Origin: Minisyncoccia bacterium
GTDB taxonomy: Bacteria; Patescibacteriota; Minisyncoccia; Phycocordibacterales; UBA2100
Assembly (NCBI GenBank): GCA_049297775.1
Contig: JBAQUX010000025.1
Location: 58,835 to 122,834, forward strand
Length of the DNA: 64,000 bases
Reading direction: 5' to 3'
Shown here: positions 30,901-38,644 of the stretch, in pieces
Position numbering within the stretch: position 1 is the stretch's first letter
Layout of the letters: every line of letters begins with the position of its first letter
Notes under the pieces: generated by a model
Told to the model about the DNA's origin: nothing
The model's database searches: none
The model's input: only the letters and a program-made list of their open reading frames with translations
Translations under genes and position numbers: made by a program

Positions 30901-33900
30901 ACAAATGAAGTTGCGAGTGCGGAGTTTGTACTTGGGCTCGTTTTACTCCCGCCAATACTGGCGTATGGCAATGATTGTGAGGTCACGGTACCGTCTCTCC
31001 CGTATGTTGCGTCAGCTACAGAATACTTTCCTCCTTCGTTACTCACGCGCTTTTGAATTACCCTGCCAAGTCCATCGGCATACGTGTACGAATCCTGTGA
31101 AAGGGATCCCGTAATGTAGGTCCGTTCATACACACTGTTTGCGTTACGCGTATCCGTATAGGTGAGTGTTTTTGAAGTTATCAGTGATGCCGGTGCACTA
31201 TTGTCACTTGCTCGCACTGATACTACACGCCCCAAGGCATCGTAGGTGGTTTCAACGGAATATGTATTTGCATCAGTTACCAGTTTTGGCTTACCTATGA
31301 TTTGATTGTACTGATACGTAGTTGCGTGCGTCAGCGGATTTGTACTGGTTGCCGGATACAAGTTTTGCGCATCGTACGTAAGCGTTGTTGTGTAGTTTCT
31401 TGGGTTGATAATCGAACTTACCAGTCCATACGAGTTGAACGTGCGCTGTGTTGAAGCATACGTGGCTCCTGAGAGGAGTTGTTCGGTTTTCGTTTCGTTT
31501 CCGATGGTCACTGTGCCTAGTGGCTGAGCATCATAGTAACGACGGGCCTCTGATTGAATGACTCCTAACTGATCTTTAAGAAGCTGGCGTGATACTTTGT
31601 TCAAAATTTTGCCAGCGGTATCTGTTGCATACGTGTACTCTGTTACGCGCTTATCTGTACCAGTATCAACATACGTGCCATCTGGCGAGGCGTTAACTTC
31701 TCCCCACTCTGACTCAGAAAAAATGTTACCGTTTGTGGTGTTATATGCACGAGTTTTTACTGTGTCTTTGTGCGATGCATCACCCTCATATATGAGCGTA
31801 GCAACTTGCGTGTTTTGTACAAAAAACTGATTCCCTGCTACTGCAGCAATCCAGCGAAGTACTTCCAAAGAATACAGAGACCCATTGCTTGCATACCGTG
31901 CGATTCTGTACGGCTTACCAATTTTTGAAGGGTGGTCTAACACTTCACCATTTGTAGTATCTGTAGTGTTTCCTTGGTGGTAATACGTTTTTGTTTTGTT
32001 ACCTGCAGAATCTGTAACGGTGATTATGTTAAACCCAGCGAATTGCTTATCATTATATGCATTAAAGTACTGCGATATACCTTCATAAAAATATGTTTTT
32101 GTATCAAGGTATCCAGAGCCATCGCCAATAGTAATAGTATCTACCGTAGTTACAGGATATGGTGAGCCAGTATTAACTAGATTTCCACTTCCATCTTTAT
32201 AGGCAAGCGAACTTTTGTACGTATACGACACACTCCCACCTTGCGGAAGTGTTACTGAGGTAAGCAAGTCTGCTTTTTTACCTGTATTCAAATATACTTT
32301 ATTTGTCAAAACACCACCTGGAAATATTGCACCGACCAAATCTGGCAGTGAGTCGCCGTTTATATCTAAGATTCTCCAACCCCCATCTTTTTGCCCAGTT
32401 ACTCCGTTCCAAGATGAAAACACCACATCTGAGGGAAGATTGTACGTACCCGTATTGAAAGTTGTACCGGTATTAGTGAATAATGATTGAACGTTTGTTC
32501 CACCAGCATTAGTTGCTGATTCAATAATATCTGGCAAACCATCTGCGTTTATATCAGCAATTCGTGAGCCGACTCTTTCTGACCCGTCTATACTAAAGGG
32601 ATAAGCTCCAGGTACGGTAATTGCAGATGTCAGAAAACCTTTAGCTGAGTTAAGTTTGAGTGCTTTTACCGTCACATTGTTTACGACAGACCACTCTATT
32701 GAGTCCAGTAGGCCGTCACCGTTAAAATCTCCAAACCGTCCATCATTGGTGTACGGCGCGCCATCTGTCCAGGTGACTGAATCTTTCCAGCCGAGAGTTA
32801 CTCCATTACCAAAATACGTAGACATAATATCTGCGCGACCGTCTCCATTCCAATCTGCAAATGATACATTGTTAGGGCCAGAATATAGACTACTAAATCC
32901 AAAACCGTCTGGAATGCTATACGCAGAATTCCATACATAATCTGTAGGACCTTTCACAAAAACTTTTTTATACTGTTTATTCTCAGACGGCGTCTGATTG
33001 TAATCATCATCATCGTGGGCCTCGACAAGGTCGTCCATTCCATCACCATTTACATCTCCGACGCGCAGGCCGAAGTCGTTGTGATTCAGCGTGTCCTCAG
33101 CTAAAAAGCAAGCATCCGTAGGAACAAGTGCTGTGGTAATTGTATTCCATGCAGTACCAGTATTAAGCGCAGTTTGCTTGTTGTAGCATTGAGCTGGAGT
33201 TGGCCCGCTTGCTTTAATTATATCTGGCAACCCATCCCCATTTACCTCAGCAAAGCGAACACCATTATCAGGTGTAAATGCTGTATCAATGAGAGGAATT
33301 GAAATTGACCAATTTGGTGCCACTTGCCATCCTACTGTCGGCTGTTGGTAGGCAAGTTGCGTTGCAGGTAGTGTGACAACATTACCTTGTTCATCTCGTC
33401 CACTCTCAACCACAGTACTCAAAACGGAACGAACACCATTTACACCGGTGCCATAGCCGAGGTCATATTTTCTAACCCAGGTGCCACTTTTCTTTGCGAT
33501 TACTTGTTTTATACGATAGTTTGACGTAACTGCAAAAGCGGTTTTGTATGATGGTACTGTGTCTACACGTGCTTCACGAATAAAATTTACTTCAAAAATA
33601 CCATCTGTGCTTCCTGAACCTGTATAGAAAATAGAATCTGGATATATTTGTCCAGCATTTTTAAAATATGTATATCGCGCAAAGTTATTATTTGTATCTC
33701 TCACTTCGTCAAGCATCCACTGATACACATTTGCAGTATTCGCGATGTCATCTTGTCGCGATGCGGCAGTAGAACCTAATTTGAATACGGTCCCGTCCTT
33801 TCCTGTAATAGTCCACGCTGTGCCTGTATACGCATATGTATTGTACGCACCAGAGTCGTATTTAGCTCTATAGATAGCAGGTGAGCCTGCAGTAATCAGA

Positions 33901-34286
33901 ACCAGCTCTCCATCAAGAGAAGAAGTAAAGGTGTTTTGTGTATAGAGATTATTTACGCCCTCTTTATTTAGTCTTGAGATTGCAGGGATACCCACTGACC
34001 ATCCGTATCCGTATAAGCCAGTATTATCACTTGTATTACTATTGTATGAAAGTGAGAGCGACGGTTCGATACCATTTCTTCCTGGAGGAGTTACGAACGG
34101 AATGTCATATGTCGCAGACCCAGTATTTCCTTCTGGGCGAATTTGAATTGTTTTAGATTTTGTTTCAAGAAGACTTACTGGAACGTTGTATCCGTTATCC
34201 TCTGCTCGAGCTACGTTTGGGAATGCGCACGTCTGTAAAAATATGGTGAGAACAACAATTACAGCGACAGCTCTTTTTGTGCGCAT
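24963..34286 (-). CDS. Giant (3107 aa) secreted RHS/YD-repeat polymorphic toxin with a TcB/SpvB-like N-terminus
   Basis: Signal peptide. SpvB/TcdB-N-like region (IEPSLSLSYNSNTSDNTGLYGYGWSVGIPAISRL). Multiple FG-GAP/VCBS-like repeats (DVNGDGMDDLV, DWNGDGRADI, DFNGDGLLDS, DINADGLPDII, DINGDSLPDLV). First YD-repeat block (YTYD..GN, YDALGR...). Pro/Glu-rich linker. Two fn3-like modules (KYLWRIRFWDTGG / KYYWRIKFWTTGN). Second YD block ending YYLHTDTLGSS. Two Ig-like modules (TYxxTDSGG). A LamG/ConA-like module (DNNWHDMVCLRRGNTIELYFDNVLQ...LDEVKIL). A terminal RHS core end (YYPYGDIRQ...RYYNPSTGQFVSQDPV + AYAYGVGNPIKNFDRSGE). A unique ~150-aa C-terminal domain. Confidence 0.9.
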   Translation of the reverse strand: MRTKRAVAVIVVLTIFLQTCAFPNVARAEDNGYNVPVSLLETKSKTIQIRPEGNTGSATYDIPFVTPPGRNGIEPSLSLSYNSNTSDNTGLYGYGWSVGIPAISRLNKEGVNNLYTQNTFTSSLDGELVLITAGSPAIYRAKYDSGAYNTYAYTGTAWTITGKDGTVFKLGSTAASRQDDIANTANVYQWMLDEVRDTNNNFARYTYFKNAGQIYPDSIFYTGSGSTDGIFEVNFIREARVDTVPSYKTAFAVTSNYRIKQVIAKKSGTWVRKYDLGYGTGVNGVRSVLSTVVESGRDEQGNVVTLPATQLAYQQPTVGWQVAPNWSISIPLIDTAFTPDNGVRFAEVNGDGLPDIIKASGPTPAQCYNKQTALNTGTAWNTITTALVPTDACFLAEDTLNHNDFGLRVGDVNGDGMDDLVEAHDDDDYNQTPSENKQYKKVFVKGPTDYVWNSAYSIPDGFGFSSLYSGPNNVSFADWNGDGRADIMSTYFGNGVTLGWKDSVTWTDGAPYTNDGRFGDFNGDGLLDSIEWSVVNNVTVKALKLNSAKGFLTSAITVPGAYPFSIDGSERVGSRIADINADGLPDIIESATNAGGTNVQSLFTNTGTTFNTGTYNLPSDVVFSSWNGVTGQKDGGWRILDINGDSLPDLVGAIFPGGVLTNKVYLNTGKKADLLTSVTLPQGGSVSYTYKSSLAYKDGSGNLVNTGSPYPVTTVDTITIGDGSGYLDTKTYFYEGISQYFNAYNDKQFAGFNIITVTDSAGNKTKTYYHQGNTTDTTNGEVLDHPSKIGKPYRIARYASNGSLYSLEVLRWIAAVAGNQFFVQNTQVATLIYEGDASHKDTVKTRAYNTTNGNIFSESEWGEVNASPDGTYVDTGTDKRVTEYTYATDTAGKILNKVSRQLLKDQLGVIQSEARRYYDAQPLGTVTIGNETKTEQLLSGATYASTQRTFNSYGLVSSIINPRNYTTTLTYDAQNLYPATSTNPLTHATTYQYNQIIGKPKLVTDANTYSVETTYDALGRVVSVRASDNSAPASLITSKTLTYTDTRNANSVYERTYITGSLSQDSYTYADGLGRVIQKRVSNEGGKYSVADATYGRDGTVTSQSLPYASIGGSKTSPSTNSALATSFVYDALNRVVSSVNALGTTATSYTDWKKTIVDAKGKQKMYETDARGSVYKVTEFVGSTPNVTTYTYDTKNNLSTIQDAGGNVRAFTYDKANRRTSAEDLHAPADSTFGNWNFVYDAQGNKTQETQPSGTVVNYAYDALDRLTSEDATNVSGIEASYTYDIGTYGKGRLSTATRGTTTSTYTYTVRGDVAEEQRVIGGETFTTNFDYTRTGDISTITTPDSAQVKYTYNQTGRIEKIQRKESGGTWVDVVSNYDYGPHGQFTLKQLANNTWTYHTYDSNEMYRLKNISTIDPPAEDVTPVAEIPIVPAEQSLVVPLAEEVVASPEVQEVQIQEEIKAITAPQSPLPEIAVEPEEVSDSIKTPTIPDEQNTSDTPKEIVTDVVEKKPEVVVEKPSNTEDFPKLLSLVHTKDDTEIEKARTENSYTIRVGRDEQGNETRVTRLFSAPVHYKDAEGKLQPIDTRIRKDAEGYKVRDARYALDIKTDISVELATFTVGKLAVAIESQYEKSRNSNATKSAQIREKNGKMGSRTEKEEREIGEKNAYGDGIDIVLRADNNFVAKDVVIQNADALKNLNDADATYDVSFMLRVQDDVELLVGDTSIKDTMSTTANARLLKGEDSVYIFAPKIWDSENKKLQITVEYTKVPGGYLLTKHIPKEWLVKAVYPVTTDAILSYSSDIADGAVGNYSPTNSWSDSHDASVGAYPCTSSCGPTASNAQYSDTIERLFVPFNTDALPDTANITGANLKLYSTYVNYAWDPNAYLVVVPTTQASPTALVLNDFDQSGTTELSARVNSANGTFTSPDWKTFALNATGIGSINLTGWTKIGLRSGYDKDNVPPTSGFHSYAFRMSEYTGTDFDPYLEVTYSLPTIPPTATDLKVESLSNPTTVTTGTPKFTATFNDPDLVDSGAHYAVQVIPEGGNWATPLWDSQKSALPTLLNQGDRTPNITYGGTALQLNGTKYLWRIRFWDTGGTQGPWSDGSDYFVVTTPQVVQSYLYSGCLTAQDGALNPVELKCGAPVFSGIFNLGASGTVAHKYRMQVATSADFSTGILWDSGAAGTSLSATSFGARTSDIVYAGAPLTFNGTKYYWRIKFWTTGNSETDWSTTGTFTTYTSKAYQYLSYAYDAVGNITAIGDASDTNTKKNLALGYDDLYRLTSATASNALVGTNYAHTFAYDALGSITNKSDTGAYSYAGTGYANPHAVTTIGASSYTYDNNGNVVSDGVRTYVWNYNNTLASVTKGGVTTTYGYDTSKQRVSHTSGTLTTKYPNKFYNKDSTGKKTKHIFAGDTVVATIETVGTTVTPYYLHTDTLGSSSAITSDIVQYNRPPKVSVIGESTVIVAQNATYTEQGASAIDTEDGTLTQSIVTTGAVNTATTGTYVKTYSVTDSGGSTDTKIRTVIVRAPNPADTIPTPLVQWKYTGAQGSTSKLENSINTSTYPLTSNGYTSVAGKEGTADTAAYLNGTSDNLAFTPYSPATSDFTVAVRFKTVWPLNYASSPLFFEGTDVNNYSNIYMYVNSNMQGNCHVGGTTLNTSTVPVYDNNWHDMVCLRRGNTIELYFDNVLQSSSTPSQVTNLSFTGTTAYLGKSNTGGVWSYHKGTLDEVKILAGTGLTQSQIPGIFAPQTNTPPVLTLSGTNPTLVSQGSTYVDSGATATDTEDGTVTPTVTGTVNTAVQGTYTRTYTATDSGGQSVTQTRTVAVVPPGPLIPNEVQTIDYYPYGDIRQNTKATSFDIQRKYIGELYDDTAQLSYLNARYYNPSTGQFVSQDPVVLSLGTPTLTESLNRIQSSSRLFENVPTIQKKLTAGNNNDDDVATLQKFLTNPQALNAYAYGVGNPIKNFDRSGEAIPILPIIAVYSGAQTLVNLYDLKTVYYDYPNFFTQQQKKDTSITLGIDLMFRGATSATKEIGEKLILEIGPTILDVMDHYMGPQLTKFYNDDRDKKQQNSSQNNAKQNTSSLPETVNQDGASYQRNSSGMLNVQKQKK

Positions 34287-34321
34287 ACAATATTTTTAGG
34301 AGTTAATGTATCCATGGTATC

Positions 34322-34364
34322 TCACACTCTAAAAGGCACAAGTACTTGTCGGTATAATTTTTTG
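34322..34364. promoter_or_regulatory. Conserved ~43-bp upstream element, copy A (tcacactctaaaaggcaCaagtacttgtcggtataattttttg), 5' of the RHS gene
   Basis: Near-identical to 19735..19777. Contains the 10-bp palindrome CAAGTACTTG. Lies 40-80 nt upstream of the RHS ATG, which has no Shine-Dalgarno. Confidence 0.5.
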
Positions 34365-34381
34365 TGTTCAAATCAAGAAAA

Positions 34382-35998
34382 CTACTCGGATTTTGGCGTT
34401 GCTGTTGTCGGGAGTTCAATAATAAAGCGTGAGCCCTTGCCTGCGCCATCTGACTCTGCCCAGACTCTACCCTTGTGCGCTTCAATCATTTGCTTTGCAA
34501 CGTAGAGTCCAAGTCCGGTACCACTGATGTTTACCCTAGACGCTCCACGCGCACGCACAAACTTATCAAAGAGTTTTCCTATTTCTTCCGCAGGGATACC
34601 AATACCCGTATCTGATACCACGATGCGAACGGTACTGCCTACCATCATACCTGTCACGGTTACCGAGCCGGCTTCTGTATACTTAATTGCGTTATCCGTG
34701 AGGTTACTAATGACGTGTTTAATTTTTCCGTAATCACAATTAACCATGAGTGGTACATCGCCTGGCACTCCGGTAAGGTCGAGCTTTCGATACTTTGATT
34801 GCTGTGCTAACTCAGTGGTAACTTCTGTTATAAGCGTGCGCACATCAAAATCTGAAAAGTCATACACCATTCTTCCCTGCTCTATACGCGACACACTTAA
34901 GAAGTCTTCAATCGTTTGTGACATGAGCACACCTGAGTGCACGATGCGTCCCAAGATTTCTTTCATTCTGTCATTAATTTCTCCATACGAACCGCCAAGA
35001 AGTAGCGATGAGTAGCCATTCACCGCAGTTAAGGGTGTGCGGAGTTGGTGTGTTGCAATAGAAAGGAATTCTGATTTTTGCTGACTTAACTTTTCAAGTG
35101 ATTCGTTTGCGACTTCTAGTTGCTCTGCCAGGTGCTGTACGCGAGCACGCTCATTAATTTCGTTCTGCACACTGCGTACGAGTAAATATGAAAATCCAAT
35201 ACTAAAGATAAGTGTAATAAATGCAATGAGCGAACGTGATGCATACAATCCCACTTCGGTAACGGTATTTAAGAGTGAGAACGTATAGAGTAATACCGAA
35301 GCGCCCGCAAACAACTGCGCGGCAACCACCTTAGCACTCATGAGCCCGTGACGGAGCACGCCATAGCTCATGAAGAAGATATAGAACATCACAAAGTAGT
35401 TACCAAACGGATATGCCCCAAACATTTGCGGGAAGAAGTTTGTTGCACCGCCAAGCGTACTCACGGAAGTAGCAATAAGTGTAATGAGTAACTGCTTTTT
35501 TACTTTTGCATCCTCCTCGCGCTTATATGACAAAAATAGCAATGTGTTTGCGATACCGCCCACCGTAAGAAAGAACGCTGGGAATAAAAGATACAAAGAG
35601 CCAGGCACAATCCAGTAGACACCGAGAGACACATTTTCTACTCCTAATTTAAAGTATGGCGTAAGACTAAAGAGTATGAGTACCGAAGCAATACTGTAGA
35701 TAAAGGTTGAGTACAGATGTGCGTTTTTAAACTTCCCAAGCTCTGAAGTAAACGAGTAATATGTTGCCGGAATTAAAATTGCCGCGATATCAAGCATGTA
35801 CTGCCACAACACGGCATTCTCATATGAAGTGCTGTAGGTAACTCCCGCAAGACCTAAGCTCCACAGTCCAATCGTTGAAGAAAAAATAATCCATTTTCTA
35901 TTAAGCACTGACTTTGTTTCAGTACTATAAATAAGAAAACCAAACGCAATGCTGGTCAAAAACGTCATGAAGCACGTGATTGAAAATATCACTCCCAT
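34382..35998 (-). CDS. Sensor histidine kinase with a multi-TM N-terminal sensor domain (orphan; no adjacent response regulator)
   Basis: About 8 hydrophobic segments, then H-box SEFLSIATHQLRTPL, N-box DNAIKYT, G1 DTGIGI and G2 GTGLGL. Confidence 0.85.
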   Translation of the reverse strand: MGVIFSITCFMTFLTSIAFGFLIYSTETKSVLNRKWIIFSSTIGLWSLGLAGVTYSTSYENAVLWQYMLDIAAILIPATYYSFTSELGKFKNAHLYSTFIYSIASVLILFSLTPYFKLGVENVSLGVYWIVPGSLYLLFPAFFLTVGGIANTLLFLSYKREEDAKVKKQLLITLIATSVSTLGGATNFFPQMFGAYPFGNYFVMFYIFFMSYGVLRHGLMSAKVVAAQLFAGASVLLYTFSLLNTVTEVGLYASRSLIAFITLIFSIGFSYLLVRSVQNEINERARVQHLAEQLEVANESLEKLSQQKSEFLSIATHQLRTPLTAVNGYSSLLLGGSYGEINDRMKEILGRIVHSGVLMSQTIEDFLSVSRIEQGRMVYDFSDFDVRTLITEVTTELAQQSKYRKLDLTGVPGDVPLMVNCDYGKIKHVISNLTDNAIKYTEAGSVTVTGMMVGSTVRIVVSDTGIGIPAEEIGKLFDKFVRARGASRVNISGTGLGLYVAKQMIEAHKGRVWAESDGAGKGSRFIIELPTTATPKSE

Positions 35999-36000
35999 GG

Positions 36001-36654
36001 TTAACTTTTTAGAATGGTCCAGCCAAGCATCTTTGCCTTTTGCTCAAAAAACCATTTTGGGTTGACGACGATTCGTGTACGTACCGCGCTAAATAATGGC
36101 ATGTCAGAAATATGGTCAGAATAAAATGTTGCATTAGAAAGTATGAGTCCACGTTTTTCTGCGTACGCTGAAACTCGCGCCACTTTTTCATCACCATGCA
36201 CTGGCTTACCTAGTATGACTCCGGTAAATACCTCATCTTTTACTTCAAGCTCCGTAGCCAGAACATTGGTGATACCCAGTGCGCGCGCGAGTGGCTTTGC
36301 AAGGACATCGGCAGAGTTTGTGACAAGCACCACTTCTGAACCATCCATCAAATGCACTTTTAGTTTATCTACCACCACAGTGTTCAGACACTCATGTAGA
36401 ACTGTCTGTATGTAGGGCGCAAGCAGTGTCTCTACTTCAGAAACTTTCATGCCTTTCATAAATGCATACGCATACACCATTACTTTTTGCGGATCACGCA
36501 TGAGACCAAGCTTGTACATCACAAATGCAAGTAAGAGCCTCACATAAAAATAGCCAGTGATTACCTTTTTTTCTTTGAGGTAATTCAATAACATTTTTTG
36601 AGACTGCCCTCGTATGAGCGTATCGTCTAAGTCGAAGAGTATTAAATCTTTCAT
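36001..36654 (-). CDS. HAD-superfamily hydrolase (subfamily IB, SerB-like)
   Basis: N-terminal LILFDLDDTLI (DxDxT) motif, ~217 aa. Confidence 0.7.
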   Translation of the reverse strand: MKDLILFDLDDTLIRGQSQKMLLNYLKEKKVITGYFYVRLLLAFVMYKLGLMRDPQKVMVYAYAFMKGMKVSEVETLLAPYIQTVLHECLNTVVVDKLKVHLMDGSEVVLVTNSADVLAKPLARALGITNVLATELEVKDEVFTGVILGKPVHGDEKVARVSAYAEKRGLILSNATFYSDHISDMPLFSAVRTRIVVNPKWFFEQKAKMLGWTILKS

Positions 36655-37373
36655 GAGTTTCGTTTTAAATATTCTTTGCCTGAGAGTTTGCTTATTTTTT
36701 CCATGACGACATCGGTCAGTACCAGATGCTCATCGTGAGAAAGGTCTTTGTCGTGGTGTTCATGGAGCGAATGCGGTTCTCCCACATGAATTGACACAAT
36801 CTTCTTTAATCGTGGGATTTTATGATGACGCGCCATGACCGCGTATGTACCCTTAATGCCTACGGGGATTATGGGCACTTTCATTTTGTGTGCAAACTTG
36901 GTAACACCAGTAAATGCTGGCAACATGTGGTGTTCATGCTTTGAGCGCGTTCCTTCAGGAAAGATACCTATCAAATCGCCACGCTCCAGGTGAAAGCGCA
37001 CTTTTTCATTTACTTCTGATTTATCATGCTCAGTACGGTTTACGCGTATCTGTCCCATTGCACGCATGATGGGCGCCCAGATGGGGCTCTCGAAAAATTT
37101 TTCAGCTGCGAGAAAATGTACATGTCTATCAGATACCGCTAAGAAACAAATGAAGTCAAAATAACTTTGATGATTGAGTGCCACAATGGCAGAGCCTTCC
37201 TTGGGGAGATGTTCCATCCCCGAAACTTGTCGTACCCAAATCAAACGAATAAGAGGCGCTATAAGCACCTTAAGTATGCGATACATTTTGTCACTCCGTT
37301 CTGTTTCAGCTTCTAGCGTCTTTGTATGCGTACTCATTGCATCAGTATACCATCTTGAGCCCTCCGAACTCAT
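36651..37373 (-). CDS. plsC: 1-acyl-sn-glycerol-3-phosphate acyltransferase (LPLAT family)
   Basis: NHQSYFDF (Hx4D) and FPEGTRS motifs. Confidence 0.75.
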   Translation of the reverse strand: MSSEGSRWYTDAMSTHTKTLEAETERSDKMYRILKVLIAPLIRLIWVRQVSGMEHLPKEGSAIVALNHQSYFDFICFLAVSDRHVHFLAAEKFFESPIWAPIMRAMGQIRVNRTEHDKSEVNEKVRFHLERGDLIGIFPEGTRSKHEHHMLPAFTGVTKFAHKMKVPIIPVGIKGTYAVMARHHKIPRLKKIVSIHVGEPHSLHEHHDKDLSHDEHLVLTDVVMEKISKLSGKEYLKRNS

Positions 37374-37382
37374 GCAGAGAGA

Positions 37383-38051
37383 CTACGAACTGAGGATATT
37401 TTTTGCGAATTGTCTGTACCCTTCTGCTCTCTGTTCTGGAGTATCAGTACTTGTAGACGCTCCCATTTCAGATTGAAATGTGGTGTGTTTTTTATATGAG
37501 ACACGTGTCTTCCCTGCATCTATGGTGATGGTAAGCGGTACCACAATCGCACTCGTACTCTCGGCAAGATATCCTGCACCACCGTGCACAGTTGTTTTGT
37601 TTGTGATGCCACCGTATGGAAAAATACATACCGTCCCACCCCTTTGTAATACGCCTGCATGTGCAGAAAGTGCTTGTTCGTAGTTACCCGTACCGCGCTC
37701 TGCTGGCCACGCACCCACAGACTTCATAAAAAGTGCGCTCGTAAAGAAATATTTTTGCCATGAGATATTTCCGCCCGTATAGTTTTTGCCTTGGTCTCCC
37801 ACGAAAATCACTGGTTTAAAAACCAGTTCTGTATACATGAGACCTGAGATAACATACGCAAAGTCGAGGAGGCTTACATGGTTAGAAATAAGCAATACGC
37901 CCTTTTTTTGTGATTGCGCAAGTGTAATTGCGTGTCGAACATGCTCGATTCCTTCTATGGTGAGACCTTTTTGAAACTTAAGACCTAAAAACCAGAATGG
38001 CTTGCTCGCAACTTGAATGAGTGTGGGGAGAACGTAGTGATACCAATGCAT
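37383..38051 (-). CDS. Second LPLAT-family acyltransferase
   Basis: NHVSLLDF (Hx4D) motif and FPYGG; adjacent to plsC. Confidence 0.6.
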   Translation of the reverse strand: MHWYHYVLPTLIQVASKPFWFLGLKFQKGLTIEGIEHVRHAITLAQSQKKGVLLISNHVSLLDFAYVISGLMYTELVFKPVIFVGDQGKNYTGGNISWQKYFFTSALFMKSVGAWPAERGTGNYEQALSAHAGVLQRGGTVCIFPYGGITNKTTVHGGAGYLAESTSAIVVPLTITIDAGKTRVSYKKHTTFQSEMGASTSTDTPEQRAEGYRQFAKNILSS

Positions 38052-38087
38052 AATATAATTATAACATGAATTGGTAGAAAATCAAGT

Positions 38088-38573
38088 CTACACCTTTCTC
38101 GATAAGGATATGGCAACAACACCGGCACAGAGGAAGTAGAACAGCGTTGCGTCCCCTGCTGTCAGTGATGTAAGAAACGGACCGAAGGTAACGAGTGAAC
38201 CAAGTGAGATAATACGTGTGCACACAAAGATTACCATCACCGTTACCCCACCTGCAGCGATAGCCACTTTGGAAAGTCGCTTAGTGTCATCTAAACCGCT
38301 GTTTGAGTGATGTGTTGCCCAAAATGAAAATACAAACAATCCTATAAAAATAAGTGTTTGCGGTGTAAGTGGTAGTGCAGAAAAGAGTGAGGTAATCGCC
38401 GTAGGTACGACATTTGTACCAATATGTGTGGTAAGAAATGACGCAACGATAAGCGCGAGCCCCACTTCTGAAACAACTTGTACTCCTTTAAGAAACGCAA
38501 TAGTACACGCAAGTACAAAAATGCCAGAGATGAATATGATGTCAGAGGATATTCCTAAAAGTGTGTCAGGCAT
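38088..38573 (-). CDS. Hypothetical polytopic membrane protein
   Basis: 161 aa with 4-5 hydrophobic helices; no motifs. Confidence 0.45.
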   Translation of the reverse strand: MPDTLLGISSDIIFISGIFVLACTIAFLKGVQVVSEVGLALIVASFLTTHIGTNVVPTAITSLFSALPLTPQTLIFIGLFVFSFWATHHSNSGLDDTKRLSKVAIAAGGVTVMVIFVCTRIISLGSLVTFGPFLTSLTAGDATLFYFLCAGVVAISLSRKV

Positions 38574-38644
38574 AGAAGTAATTATTTTTACTTGGTAAGT
38601 ATATCACTGGAGAACTTTCTACCAAAACCTACACTGTATATTCT

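Noticed and set aside
26434-33000. Multiple plus-strand ORFs inside the RHS gene (for example 26434..27000, 26991..27431, 30728..31114)
   Set aside because: They are antisense shadow ORFs within a continuous 9.3-kb coding frame. They are Cys/Val-rich and unlike real proteins.
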